A stretch of 32,000 nt of DNA from Nitriliruptoraceae bacterium (GCA_050486225.1 JBJHCV010000002.1:216377-248376); one strand, 5' to 3'; shown: positions 17,105 to 26,969, counted from the stretch's first letter. Notes: a model not told the origin generated them from the letters alone. Program-made: numbers and translations.

Positions 17105-17157
17105 GCTCTGTCCGATTCCCGCGAGCGAACCTGCGTCGGAGCGGCAATGCTTGCCCC

Positions 17158-18753
17158 ATGCACACGACACCAGCCACCCCCGACTCCGGCTCGGCGACGC
17201 CCGTCGCCCGCCCGCGCGGCGGCTCTCCCCCCGCCTCCGGTCACGCGGGTGGCACCACGTCGACGACCGGGGCCGACGACGCCGGTCGGTTCGCGGCACT
17301 TCGCGCCCGGGACGCCCGGTTCGACGGGACGTTCTGGTTCGGGGTCACGACCACCGGGATCTACTGCCGTCCGAGCTGTCCGTCACGTGCCCCGCACCCA
17401 CGCAACGTCCGGTTCTTCGTCGACGCGGCCGCCGCCCAGCAGGCCGGGTTCCGTGCGTGCCGCAGGTGCCGACCCGACGCCGTGCCCGGCTCCCCCGACT
17501 GGGACACGCGCGCCGACGTGACGGGCCGTGCGATGCGGCTCATCGCCGACGGTGTCGTCGACCGCGAGGGCGTGGCGGGTCTGGCCCAGCGCGTCGGGTA
17601 CTCGCCCCGCCAGCTGCACCGCGTGCTGGTGTCCGACACCGGCGCCACGCCGCTCGCGCTCGCACGCGTCCGCCGCGTGCACCTGGCACGCACCCTGATC
17701 GAGACCACGGACCTCCCGTTCGCGCAGGTGGCGTTCGCCGCCGGGTTCTCGAGCATCCGCCAGTTCAACGCGACGATCGAGGACGTCGCGGCGTCGACAC
17801 CGACCCGGCTGCGTGCCGCGGCTCGCCGTCAGCCGGACACCGGCGCCACGCGTGCGCAGTCCCCCGTCGACCTGCACCTGCGTCTCGCCCATCGAGCACC
17901 GTTCGCCCGTGACGCGGCCTTCGGCGACCTTGCGCGGCACCTCGTGGCCGCGGTCGAGCAGTTCGCCGGTGGCACGTTCTGGCGCACCGTGCACCTGCCG
18001 AACGGTCCCGCCGTGGTCGGCCTGCGACCCGACGGCACCGCAGTCCACGCCCACCTGCGCCTGTCCTCTCCACGCGATCTGCCCGCCGCGATCCGTCGAT
18101 GCCGTCGTCTGCTCGACCTCGACGCTGATCCGGTGGCCATCGACGAGGCACTGACCGACGATCCCGCACTGCGCGACCTCGTTCGCCGCACCCCGGGCAT
18201 CCGGGTGGTGGGGAGTGTCGACGGCTTCGAGGCGGCTGTTCGCGTCGTGCTGTCGCAGCGCGTGAGCCTCGGTGCGGCTCGAACCGTCACCCACCGGTTC
18301 GTGGAGGCCCACGGCACACCGCTGCCGGACCGGCTGCGCGACGACCGGCAGGACGCACCCGGGGGCGGATCGGCACCACCGCGACTGTTCCCGACCGCGG
18401 AGCAGGTCGCCGCACTCGACCCGGCGGCGCTGGTCCTGCCCCGGCACCGGGCGCCGACCGTCCACGCGATCGCGACTGCGGTCGCCTCGGGAGACCTCGA
18501 CCTGTCGGACGGCGCGGATCGGGCCCGGACCAGGGCTCGGATCGCGCAGATCGACGGCGTCGGGCCGTGGACCGTGGAGCTGACCGCCATGCGCGCCCTG
18601 CGGGACCCCGACGCGTTCTGTTCGTCGGACCTCGTGCTGCGTCGTTCCGCTGCCGCCTGTCGCATCGCCGACCTCGAAGCACACTCGATGCGCTGGCGAC
18701 CTTGGCGCAGCCACGCCGCCGCCCACCTGTGGAACCTGGAGGCCGCCGCATGA
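17158..18753 (+). CDS. alkA: bifunctional Ada N-terminal methylphosphotriester acceptor / AraC-HTH regulator fused to AlkA-type DNA-3-methyladenine glycosylase II
   Basis: Ada Zn domain (DGTFWFGVTTTGIYCRPSCPSR...GFRACRRCRPD), an AraC-type HTH (SPRQLHRVL...IRQFNATI), and a C-terminal HhH-GPD glycosylase (VLSQRVSLGAAR...IDGVGPWTVE...D). The architecture matches the mycobacterial Ada-AlkA fusion. Confidence 0.85.
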   Translation: MHTTPATPDSGSATPVARPRGGSPPASGHAGGTTSTTGADDAGRFAALRARDARFDGTFWFGVTTTGIYCRPSCPSRAPHPRNVRFFVDAAAAQQAGFRACRRCRPDAVPGSPDWDTRADVTGRAMRLIADGVVDREGVAGLAQRVGYSPRQLHRVLVSDTGATPLALARVRRVHLARTLIETTDLPFAQVAFAAGFSSIRQFNATIEDVAASTPTRLRAAARRQPDTGATRAQSPVDLHLRLAHRAPFARDAAFGDLARHLVAAVEQFAGGTFWRTVHLPNGPAVVGLRPDGTAVHAHLRLSSPRDLPAAIRRCRRLLDLDADPVAIDEALTDDPALRDLVRRTPGIRVVGSVDGFEAAVRVVLSQRVSLGAARTVTHRFVEAHGTPLPDRLRDDRQDAPGGGSAPPRLFPTAEQVAALDPAALVLPRHRAPTVHAIATAVASGDLDLSDGADRARTRARIAQIDGVGPWTVELTAMRALRDPDAFCSSDLVLRRSAAACRIADLEAHSMRWRPWRSHAAAHLWNLEAAA

Positions 18754-19226
18754 CCGTCCATGCCCACCTGCCCAGCCGGCTCGGTGACCTGCTGGTGACC
18801 GCCGACGACGGAGCCGTCACCGGCCTGTACCTGCCGGGGCACCGCCGAGGTCCCGAGGTCTCGGCCGCCTGGATCCACGACCCGGACGCGTTCGACGCAC
18901 TCCGCGAGCAACTCGACGAGTACCTGTCCGGGAGCAGGACGACGTTCGACGTCCGCATCCACCTCGACGGCACCCCGCTGCAGCGCCGGGTGTGGCAGGA
19001 ACTGCAGGCCCTGGGGTACGGCGAACGGGTGTCCTACGGGACGCTCGCACATCGCATCGGCCGGCCGACGGCGGTGCGCGCCGTGGCCTCCGCGATCGCC
19101 CGCAATCCCGTCAGCATCGTGGTGCCGTGCCACCGGGTCGTCGGCGCCGACGGGCGACTCACCGGCTATGCCGGCGGGGTCGAACGCAAGCAGTGGCTGC
19201 TCGACCTTGAGTCTCGCGCCGCCTGA
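18750..19226 (+). CDS. ogt: methylated-DNA--protein-cysteine methyltransferase
   Basis: Internal ATG 18750 of track ORF 18567..19226, overlapping the alkA stop as ATGA. GGAGG at 18738-18742. The active site is IVVPCHRVV, preceded by YGTLAHRIGRPTAVRAVASA. Confidence 0.9.
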   Translation: MTVHAHLPSRLGDLLVTADDGAVTGLYLPGHRRGPEVSAAWIHDPDAFDALREQLDEYLSGSRTTFDVRIHLDGTPLQRRVWQELQALGYGERVSYGTLAHRIGRPTAVRAVASAIARNPVSIVVPCHRVVGADGRLTGYAGGVERKQWLLDLESRAA

Positions 19227-19241
19227 CCACCGCCCTGCACG

Positions 19242-19967
19242 TCAGAACTCGAACACCTCGACACGGAGTGCCGCGCCCAGACCGACGCTCGCGCCGGTCT
19301 CCTCGAGGTTCCAGCGGACGAACTCGGGATCCGCCATCGGGTGGTCGCCGAGCCCCTCGAGGTAGGCACGGTGCTCCGCAAGTGATGCGACGGCCGCGTC
19401 CACGTGGCCCGTCACGTCGACGGCGTGGCGCGCCTGCGGCGAGTTCGCCACGAGGAGTCGCCGGACGGCATGCGGTTCCCCACCGGTTCCCGGGAAGATC
19501 CACCGGTTGCCGGCATCGGCCACCGCGTCGATCAGTGCCGAGCCCAGTGCCCGGTGGTCCGCGGAGTTGAACGACCCCGGACGTCCCCAGTCCGCCCGGT
19601 GGTTGAGGGTGACCAGCGTGTCGGGCCGGTGCCGTCGGATCGCCGCGGCGAGGTCGCGCCGCAGGTCCACGTCGTGGACCAGCACGCCGTCGGGACGGTC
19701 GAGGAACTCGACGACGTCGACCCCGACCACGGCGGCCGAACGCCGCTGCTCCTCCTCGCGCAGCGGTGCACTGCGATCGGGGGGGATCGCGTCGATCCCG
19801 GCCTCACCTCGGGTCGCGAGCAGGTAGGTCACGCGATGGCCGGCCGTCGTCCAGCGTGCGACCGCTGCCGCCGCGCCGTACTCGAGGTCGTCGGGATGGG
19901 CCACCACGGCGAGCACCCGCGACACGTCCGGGTCGTACACCTCGAGGCCGTCGGCGACGTCGGTCAT
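19242..19967 (-). CDS. PIG-L/LmbE family N-acetylglucosaminyl deacetylase
   Basis: ATG 19967 is preceded by AGGAG (19973-19977). It has the VVAHPDDLEYG metal-binding motif and a later HRADWG...ADHR block. The extra track codons to 20153 are noise. Confidence 0.8.
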   Translation of the reverse strand: MTDVADGLEVYDPDVSRVLAVVAHPDDLEYGAAAAVARWTTAGHRVTYLLATRGEAGIDAIPPDRSAPLREEEQRRSAAVVGVDVVEFLDRPDGVLVHDVDLRRDLAAAIRRHRPDTLVTLNHRADWGRPGSFNSADHRALGSALIDAVADAGNRWIFPGTGGEPHAVRRLLVANSPQARHAVDVTGHVDAAVASLAEHRAYLEGLGDHPMADPEFVRWNLEETGASVGLGAALRVEVFEF

Positions 19968-20095
19968 CCGGACTCCTGTCGTGGGTCGAACCAGGGCGTG
20001 CGTTGCGGTTCCGGTGTCGACCCTACCGTCGTGTGGTCGCCCGGAGGCGGGCGACGACGGACCGATACGCTGCCGGGAGACGAGACGAGGGCCAC

Positions 20096-21496
20096 GTGAC
20101 GCGCGCGAGAGACGTCTGCTCGCGGATCCGACTGGGGATCGCGGCGGTCGCACTGTGCGCCGGAGTCGTGCTTGTCGTGGCTCCGGCCTCGGGAGCGGAG
20201 TCCATCGGTTCCGTCGGGGTCACCGAGGTGAACGGGCCCATCACCCCGGTCGTCCGTGACCACCTCGCGGACACGATCGTCGACGCGACCGCCGCAGGCC
20301 ACAACGCCCTGGTGATCCGACTCAACACACCCGGCGGTGGACTCGACGTCACCCGCGAGATCGCCAACCTGCTGCTCGACGCGCCGATCCCCACGATCGT
20401 CTACGTCGCACCGGCCGGTTCGGACGCGGGATCCGCCGGCACCTTCATCACGTATGCCGCGCACGTCGCGGCGATGGCTCCGGCCACGACCATCGGCGCG
20501 GCCACCCCCGTGGACCTCGAGGGCGGTGAGGTCGGCGACAAGATCGTGGAGAACACGCTGGCGTTCGGGCTGGCGCTCGCCGAGTTCCGGGACCGTGACG
20601 CGACCTTCATCGAGGCGGCCATCCGCGACGGCCGATCCGTCACCTCCACGGTCGCACTCGAGGCCGGCGCGATCGACGTCGTGTCACCGAGCACGGAGCA
20701 GCTGCTCGTCGAGGTGCACGGCCGCGAGGTGGTCGTCGGGGACACGCCGGTCACCCTCGACACGGCCGGCGCCGTGCTCGTCGAGATGGAGATGACCGGC
20801 ACGCGCAGCCTCCTGCAGATCCTCGCGAACCCGAACCTCGCGTTCGTCTTCCTGTCGCTGGGCACGCTGGCGATCCTCTACGAGATCGCCAATCCGGGGC
20901 TGGGTCTGGGCGGGGTCGCCGGGGTCGTGATGCTGATCCTCGCGATGTTCTCGCTCGCGGTCCTGCCCGTGAACTATGCAGGCGCGGCGCTGCTGGTGGT
21001 GGCCCTGGCGATGTTCATCGCCGAACTGTTCGCACCCGGCATCGGGGTCGGTGCGGCGGGAGGCACCGCAGCGCTGGTGCTCGGTGGCCTGTTCCTGTTC
21101 CAGGCCCAGACGGGAGTCGGTGTGGACCTGTGGGTGCTGATCCCGACGGCTGTCGTCACGTTCGGACTCGTGGTGTTCGCCGGCGTGCTGGTCAACCGCA
21201 CGCGCGGCCAGACGTCTCGGGCCGCCTCCGACTACCTGCTCGGCAGGCACACCACCGTCGCACAGGTCCTCGACGGTCAGGCGAGGGCCCGGATCGACGG
21301 CATCCTGTGGAGGGTCCGCCCGGCCGAACCCGACGTGGAGCTTCGGGTCGGTGACGAGGTCGAGATCGTGCGACGCGACAATCTCGACCTGCACGTGCTG
21401 CCCACGACCCTGATCGAGGAACGTCGCCGCGGCGACACCGAGGCGGCCGACGCCGCCGACCCGACGACAGCCCCCGCACACGAGGAGACGACATGA
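20096..21496 (+). CDS. NfeD-family membrane-bound ClpP-class serine protease
   Basis: Internal GTG 20096 of track ORF 19766..21496. It has a signal/TM segment, a ClpP-like domain ([10 protein letters not shown]...AGSAGTFI), several TM helices, and a C-terminal OB-fold NfeD tail ([12 protein letters not shown]...GDEVEIV). Confidence 0.8.
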   Translation: MTRARDVCSRIRLGIAAVALCAGVVLVVAPASGAESIGSVGVTEVNGPITPVVRDHLADTIVDATAAGHNALVIRLNTPGGGLDVTREIANLLLDAPIPTIVYVAPAGSDAGSAGTFITYAAHVAAMAPATTIGAATPVDLEGGEVGDKIVENTLAFGLALAEFRDRDATFIEAAIRDGRSVTSTVALEAGAIDVVSPSTEQLLVEVHGREVVVGDTPVTLDTAGAVLVEMEMTGTRSLLQILANPNLAFVFLSLGTLAILYEIANPGLGLGGVAGVVMLILAMFSLAVLPVNYAGAALLVVALAMFIAELFAPGIGVGAAGGTAALVLGGLFLFQAQTGVGVDLWVLIPTAVVTFGLVVFAGVLVNRTRGQTSRAASDYLLGRHTTVAQVLDGQARARIDGILWRVRPAEPDVELRVGDEVEIVRRDNLDLHVLPTTLIEERRRGDTEAADAADPTTAPAHEETT

Positions 21497-22323
21497 CCGG
21501 CATGACCTTCGGACTGGCCGTCGCACTGGTGATCCTCGTCGCGATCGTGATCGCGGCGGTGAGGATCGTCGACGAGTACGAACGTGGCGTGATCTTCCGA
21601 CTCGGCCGCGTGATCGGCGCGAAGGGTCCGGGCCTGTTCTTCATCGTCCCGATCATCGACCGTATGGTGAAGGTGAACCTGCAGACGGTCACCATGGACA
21701 TCCCGCCACAGGACGTGATCACGCGGGACAACGTCACGATCCGGGTCAACGCGGTCACCTACTTCAACGTGACCGACCCGGTCCACGCGATCGTGAACAT
21801 CCAGAACTACCTGTTCGCCACCTCGCAGGTGGCGCAGACCACCCTGCGGTCGATCCTCGGGCAGGTCGAACTCGACGAGATCCTCGTCAACCGCGACGAG
21901 ATCAACGACCGCCTCGCGTCGATCATCGACGACCTGACCAACCCCTGGGGGGTCAAGGTCACCCTCGTCGAGGTCAAGGACGTCGAACTGCCCGAGTCGA
22001 TGCGGCGCGCCATGGCCCGGCAGGCCGAGGCCGAGCGGGACCGTCGCGCCAAGGTCATCCACGCCGAGGGCGAGTTCGAGGCCGCCAAGCGGCTGTCCGA
22101 GGCCGCCCACGTGATGGCGTCCGAGAGCGGATCCATGCAGTTGCGCCTGCTGCAGACGCTGGGCGACGTCACCGCGGAGAAGAACTCCACCCTCATCTTC
22201 CCCGTGCCGATCGAACTGCTGAAGTTCTTCGAGGGTGCGACCGCCACGCCGGGTGAGGCTCCGACCGAGCGAGCCGCACAGGCCGTCGAGGACGTGAAGG
22301 ACGTGACGGCCCGTGACGACTGA
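21493..22323 (+). CDS. SPFH/band-7 (stomatin-like, slipin) protein
   Basis: ATGA overlap with the nfeD stop, and GAGGAG at 21482-21487. It has an N-terminal TM segment and the SPFH core ([16 protein letters not shown]...[18 protein letters not shown]...). Confidence 0.9.
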   Translation: MTGMTFGLAVALVILVAIVIAAVRIVDEYERGVIFRLGRVIGAKGPGLFFIVPIIDRMVKVNLQTVTMDIPPQDVITRDNVTIRVNAVTYFNVTDPVHAIVNIQNYLFATSQVAQTTLRSILGQVELDEILVNRDEINDRLASIIDDLTNPWGVKVTLVEVKDVELPESMRRAMARQAEAERDRRAKVIHAEGEFEAAKRLSEAAHVMASESGSMQLRLLQTLGDVTAEKNSTLIFPVPIELLKFFEGATATPGEAPTERAAQAVEDVKDVTARDD

Positions 22324-22341
22324 CCCGTCGAGCGCGCGGCG

Positions 22342-22755
22342 TTGACGTCGTTCCACCGCTACCTGGGCGCAGCCATCGTGCTGCTGCTCCTGACCATCAC
22401 GGTCTGGGGTCTGGTGCTGCGTGTCCTGCGACGCGACGACCCACCCGCCTCGCTGTGGGCGGTGCAGCACTGGACGGAGAACCTGCTCGCGGTGCAGGTC
22501 GTCGTCGGCCTGGTGCTGCTGATCGTCGGTCGTCGGGTGATCGGCGGTCCGCTCGTGTGGTTCCACTACCTGTACGGGTCGCTGTTCCCCCTGATCGCCA
22601 TCATCGGCGGGAGGATCGCCGCGCTGCGGCGCGAACGCCGGGAGTACGTGAGCCTGGCGTGGGGCGCGTTCATCGCGTGGGCGCTGACACTGCGTGCCGT
22701 CCAGACCGCGTGCGGCAACACCCTCGCGGACCTGGCACGCTGTCTGACCCCGTGA
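22342..22755 (+). CDS. hypothetical membrane protein (about 4 TM)
   Basis: 137-aa ORF 18 nt after the SPFH gene. The TTG start has no clear SD and is uncertain. Hydrophobic helices and good GC3. No family recognised. Confidence 0.55.
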   Translation: MTSFHRYLGAAIVLLLLTITVWGLVLRVLRRDDPPASLWAVQHWTENLLAVQVVVGLVLLIVGRRVIGGPLVWFHYLYGSLFPLIAIIGGRIAALRRERREYVSLAWGAFIAWALTLRAVQTACGNTLADLARCLTP

Positions 22756-22870
22756 CGATCCTGCGGCACACTGGACACGAGGACGCGGCACGGACACCGT
22801 GCACGAGCCTCCGATGCGACCGGCCTCGCGTCCGGTCCGACACTCCCCCGTTCCCGACCCTGGATCCCTC

Positions 22871-23479
22871 GTGACCCTCTCCTTCGGTGTGACCTTCGAC
22901 TACCTGTGCCCGTGGGCACGCAACGTGAACGAGCACGTGGCCGCCGGTCTGCGTGGCGGCGCGGACTGGCAGGTCCGTTTCGTCCCCTACAGCCTCCGGC
23001 AGGGCAAGGTCGCCGAGGGCGAGACCGCCGTGTGGGACCTCGACCAACCCGACGAGACACCCGGGGTGCTCGCCCTGAAGGTCGGGCTCACGGTCCGCGA
23101 CCAACACCCTGACCAGTTCCTCGACGTCCACCCCGACCTGTTCGCGGTGCGCCACGAACACGGCCTCGACAACCGGGATCCCGAGGTCCTGGCCGACGTG
23201 CTCACCAGGCACGGCGTCGACGCCGGCGAGGTCATGGACGTGGCGCGGGACCCGTCGACGACCGAGCGACTGCGCGCCGAGCACGAACGGGCGGTCGAGG
23301 ACCACCACGTCTGGGGGGTCCCGACCCTCATCGGGCGTGACCGGTCCGTCTTCGTGCGAGTGCTCGACCGTCCCGAGGACGACGCGCAGCGCGCTCGTGA
23401 GCGAATCGAGCAGTTGATGGCCCTGGTCGACGGCGCCGTGGAGCTCCACGAGTTCAAGACGACGGTCCTCGACCGCTGA
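22871..23479 (+). CDS. DsbA-like thioredoxin-fold protein (Rv2466c/mycoredoxin-2-like), CPWA variant
   Basis: FDYLCPWARN sits at the position of the family CPWC motif, with VWGVPTLI (cis-Pro loop region) and a C-terminal ELHEFK. GTG 22871 is chosen because GC3 drops in the 24 upstream codons of the track ORF (22799). Confidence 0.7.
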   Translation: MTLSFGVTFDYLCPWARNVNEHVAAGLRGGADWQVRFVPYSLRQGKVAEGETAVWDLDQPDETPGVLALKVGLTVRDQHPDQFLDVHPDLFAVRHEHGLDNRDPEVLADVLTRHGVDAGEVMDVARDPSTTERLRAEHERAVEDHHVWGVPTLIGRDRSVFVRVLDRPEDDAQRARERIEQLMALVDGAVELHEFKTTVLDR

Positions 23480-23583
23480 GTCGGCCACGCGCGTGCGCAG
23501 AGCGCACCTGGTGGTTCGAGCCGCGCGTCAGTACGATTCCGCCGTGATGCCACGTGCCCGTGCCCTCCGGCACGAGTTCCCAT

Positions 23584-23659
23584 TCCGGGGTAGCTCAGTT
23601 GGCAGAGCGCTCGACTGTTAATCGAGATGTCGCCGGTTCGAGCCCGGCCCCCGGAGCCA
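23584..23659 (+). tRNA. tRNA-Asn (anticodon GTT), CCA encoded
   Basis: Hand-folded cloverleaf: acceptor TCCGGGG/CCCCGGA, D-stem GCTC/GAGC, anticodon stem CTCGA/TCGAG with loop CT-GTT-AA (GTT at 23617-23619), variable loop ATGTC, T-stem GCCGG/CCGGC with loop TTCGAGC, discriminator G, and CCA at 23657-23659. Confidence 0.92.
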
Positions 23660-23665
23660 CCACGC

Positions 23666-23679
23666 CCTGACTCGTCAGG
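23666..23679. terminator. short hairpin CCTGA-CTCG-TCAGG between tRNA-Asn and the convergent oxidoreductase stop
   Basis: Perfect 5-bp stem (6 bp if a 2-nt loop is allowed) 7 nt after the tRNA CCA. There is no T-tract, so it is weak. Confidence 0.25.
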
Positions 23680-24637
23680 TCGTCAGCACGATCTTGCCGA
23701 AGACGTCTCCCGCCTGCATGCGTTCGAACGCACGGCGAGCGTCGGTCATCGCGACGACCTCGTCGATGACGGGACGTACGCCGGTGACGTCCAGGAACTC
23801 CAGCAGGCGCCCGAACTCCTCCCGTGTCCCCATGGTCGATCCGACCACGCGCAACTGGCGGAAGAACACCCGGGCGAGGTCGGCCGGAGGTGCGGGCCCC
23901 GACGTGGCCCCGGCGACGACCACGACGCCACCTGGTCGCAGCGACTTCAGGGAGTGGTCCCAGGTCGCCTCCCCGACGGTCTCGATGACCACGTCGACGC
24001 GTTCGGACAGCCGCCCACCCGACTCGACGACCTCGTCCGCACCGAGGTCACGGGCTCGTTGACGGCGCGCGGCGTCGCGGCTGGTGACGGTGACGTGGGC
24101 GCCCGCAGCCTTCGCCAACTGCAGGGCCGCCGTCGACACGCCACCACCCGCACCCTGGACGAGCACCCGTTGTCCGGGGGTGAGCGCTCCGCGGGTGAAC
24201 AGCATGCGGTAGGCCGTGAGCCATGCCACCGGCAGGCATGCGGCCTCCTCGGCGCCGATCGACGCCGGCCTGGGCAGCACGTTTCGTCGCGGGACCACGA
24301 CACGCTCCGCAAACGTGCCGTCGTGGTGTTCCGACAGGATGGTTCGCGACTCGGACAGGGTCTCGTCGGAGGTGTCCAACGGCGACACGACCGCGTGGAC
24401 GACGACCGGCGTCCCGTCGGCGGTGATTCCCGCGGCGTCACAGCCGAGCACGATGGGCAGGCGATCCGGATCGATGCCCACACCCCGCAGCGTCCAGAGG
24501 TCGTGGTGGTTGAGCGACGCCGCCTGGACCTCGACGACCACCCATCCGTCGGGGACGTCGGGTTCCGGGTGCTCCCCCAGGGTCAGGCCACGAAGCGGAT
24601 CGTCGGCGTCGGTCGAGGTCGCGGTGACGGCAAACAT
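23675..24637 (-). CDS. zinc-type alcohol dehydrogenase / NADPH:quinone oxidoreductase family (MDR)
   Basis: 320 aa with VVVEVQAASLNHHDLW, a Rossmann motif VLVQGAGGGVSTAALQLAKAAGA, and a C-terminal GKIVLT. Confidence 0.85.
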   Translation of the reverse strand: MFAVTATSTDADDPLRGLTLGEHPEPDVPDGWVVVEVQAASLNHHDLWTLRGVGIDPDRLPIVLGCDAAGITADGTPVVVHAVVSPLDTSDETLSESRTILSEHHDGTFAERVVVPRRNVLPRPASIGAEEAACLPVAWLTAYRMLFTRGALTPGQRVLVQGAGGGVSTAALQLAKAAGAHVTVTSRDAARRQRARDLGADEVVESGGRLSERVDVVIETVGEATWDHSLKSLRPGGVVVVAGATSGPAPPADLARVFFRQLRVVGSTMGTREEFGRLLEFLDVTGVRPVIDEVVAMTDARRAFERMQAGDVFGKIVLTT

Positions 24638-24643
24638 GCCCAG

Positions 24644-24649
24644 ATGCTA
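24644..24649 (-). promoter_or_regulatory. candidate -10 hexamer TAGCAT, 6 nt upstream of ATG 24637 (leaderless-type)
   Basis: The minus strand reads CCAACTAGCATCTGGGCATG, with no SD. It is part of a 12-nt word repeated upstream of rpoD. Confidence 0.35.
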
Positions 24650-24682
24650 GTTGGGCCGGTCTGAACTGCCAGCCGGGGGCGG

Positions 24683-25657
24683 TCAGAACGCGACGTCGAC
24701 CCCGGGGTCGTCAGGTCGATGGTGTGGGCCGTCGAACGGCTCGACGTGCTCGGTGTCGTCGAGCGCGCGGCGGAATCCGTCGATCGTCGCCGACACCAGC
24801 GGGTCGGCGACCCGCACCAGGACCTCCACGGCGGCCTCGTCGGGGGCGTCGCGCCACCGCGACACCCCGACCGCGCCGGGGGCGACACCCAGGGCGGACG
24901 CCCACCGGTGTCGGGTGAGGTCCGCGGCAGCAAGGGACCCGACACGGAGCACCACCCGAACCCTGCGTTCGTCGACCTCGACGTGGCCACGCAGCCATGC
25001 AAGGGTGCGCGCCGCGACGTCCTGCCGCGTGGTGCGGATCGTGACGGCGTGCCGATCCACGTCCGCGATGCCGACCAGCAGCCCGAGGCCGAGTGCGAAC
25101 GACGGGTCCCCGGTCAGCGCTCCCCGTGCCTGCCGGCTCGCGGCGTCGCGGCGTCCGGTGAGCCGTGCGTCGGGAACTTCGGGTGAGGTCCGACCCGACT
25201 CTGCTCCCGTGGTCGTCGCGCGCGACCTGGCGGGCGTCGTCGAACTCGACCTGCGCGAGGCGGACCCGCGACCCGCACGCGACCGGGCCCGACGCACTCC
25301 GCTCGTCCACGCATCCACCAGCAGTTCGTCGACGTCCAGCTGGGCCGAGATCTCCGTGATGTCCAGTCCGGCCCGACGCAGTGCACGGGCACGGGCCGGT
25401 CGCGTGTCGTTGGGGTCGTCGACGTGTGCGCCTGCCGGTGACGAACCACCAGCGACGACCTCCAGATCGGGAACGGCCCCGGGATCGACCCGTCGACGCG
25501 CCCGCGCCGTGAGCACGTACCCGATGGGACGGTCCGACTCGTCGTCGTAGGGCAGTGGAGTGAACGGCAGGGTCGGCTGGTCCGCGGCCCGTACGGGGGG
25601 CCGCGGCGATCCAGCCGAGGCCCGTCGGGGCGAGTCGACGCGAGTCGTCGTGTCCAT
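24683..25657 (-). CDS. hypothetical protein (HTH-like segment, Ser/Thr/Arg-rich linker, C-terminal globular domain)
   Basis: 324-aa frame chosen over three overlapping alternatives, which are Ser/Thr/Arg/Pro-rich antisense or shifted frames. GC3 by hand is about 84% at the N-terminus and about 77% in the linker. TACGTT sits 6 nt before the ATG. No family recognised. Confidence 0.6.
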   Translation of the reverse strand: MDTTTRVDSPRRASAGSPRPPVRAADQPTLPFTPLPYDDESDRPIGYVLTARARRRVDPGAVPDLEVVAGGSSPAGAHVDDPNDTRPARARALRRAGLDITEISAQLDVDELLVDAWTSGVRRARSRAGRGSASRRSSSTTPARSRATTTGAESGRTSPEVPDARLTGRRDAASRQARGALTGDPSFALGLGLLVGIADVDRHAVTIRTTRQDVAARTLAWLRGHVEVDERRVRVVLRVGSLAAADLTRHRWASALGVAPGAVGVSRWRDAPDEAAVEVLVRVADPLVSATIDGFRRALDDTEHVEPFDGPHHRPDDPGVDVAF

Positions 25658-25663
25658 GCATCG

Positions 25664-25669
25664 AACGTA
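25664..25669 (-). promoter_or_regulatory. candidate -10 hexamer TACGTT, 6 nt upstream of ATG 25657 (leaderless-type)
   Basis: The minus strand reads CACGTACGTTCGATGCATG inside the 35-nt gap after the rpoD stop, with no SD. Confidence 0.3.
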
Positions 25670-25692
25670 CGTGAGGGGTGTGACACGGCCGG

Positions 25693-26907
<1,215 letters not shown>

Positions 26908-26963
26908 CGGAACCTCCTCGCACGGTGCACCCCCGCGACCCGGGGCCGTCGGCGTGCACGACG

Positions 26964-26969
26964 ATGCTA
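26964..26969 (-). promoter_or_regulatory. candidate rpoD -10 hexamer TAGCAT
   Basis: The minus strand reads GGCCAACTAGCATCGTCGTG in the 108-nt dnaG-rpoD gap, about 55 nt upstream of the rpoD ATG. The extended word is the same as at 24643-24654. Confidence 0.35.

Noticed and set aside
23584-23659. tRNA-Asn as a possible genomic-island integration site
   Set aside because: There is no integrase or recombinase in the window. I could not find a direct repeat of the tRNA 3' end, and I saw no compositional shift. The flanking genes are ordinary housekeeping types.
24657-24690. Near-direct repeat CGGTCTGAAC / CGGTCAGAAC flanking the stop of the unknown gene
   Set aside because: It is a 10-mer with one mismatch, present as a single pair, and partly explained by the stop-codon context. 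There are no associated mobile-element features.
24651-25550. 299-aa plus-strand ORF, and the minus-strand alternatives 24711..25721 and 25114..25686, overlapping the unknown gene
   Set aside because: They are Ser/Thr/Arg/Pro-rich shifted or antisense frames with no RBS or promoter-like signal. The 24683..25657 frame has the better GC3, a structured C-terminal half and a TANNNT-N6-ATG start context.
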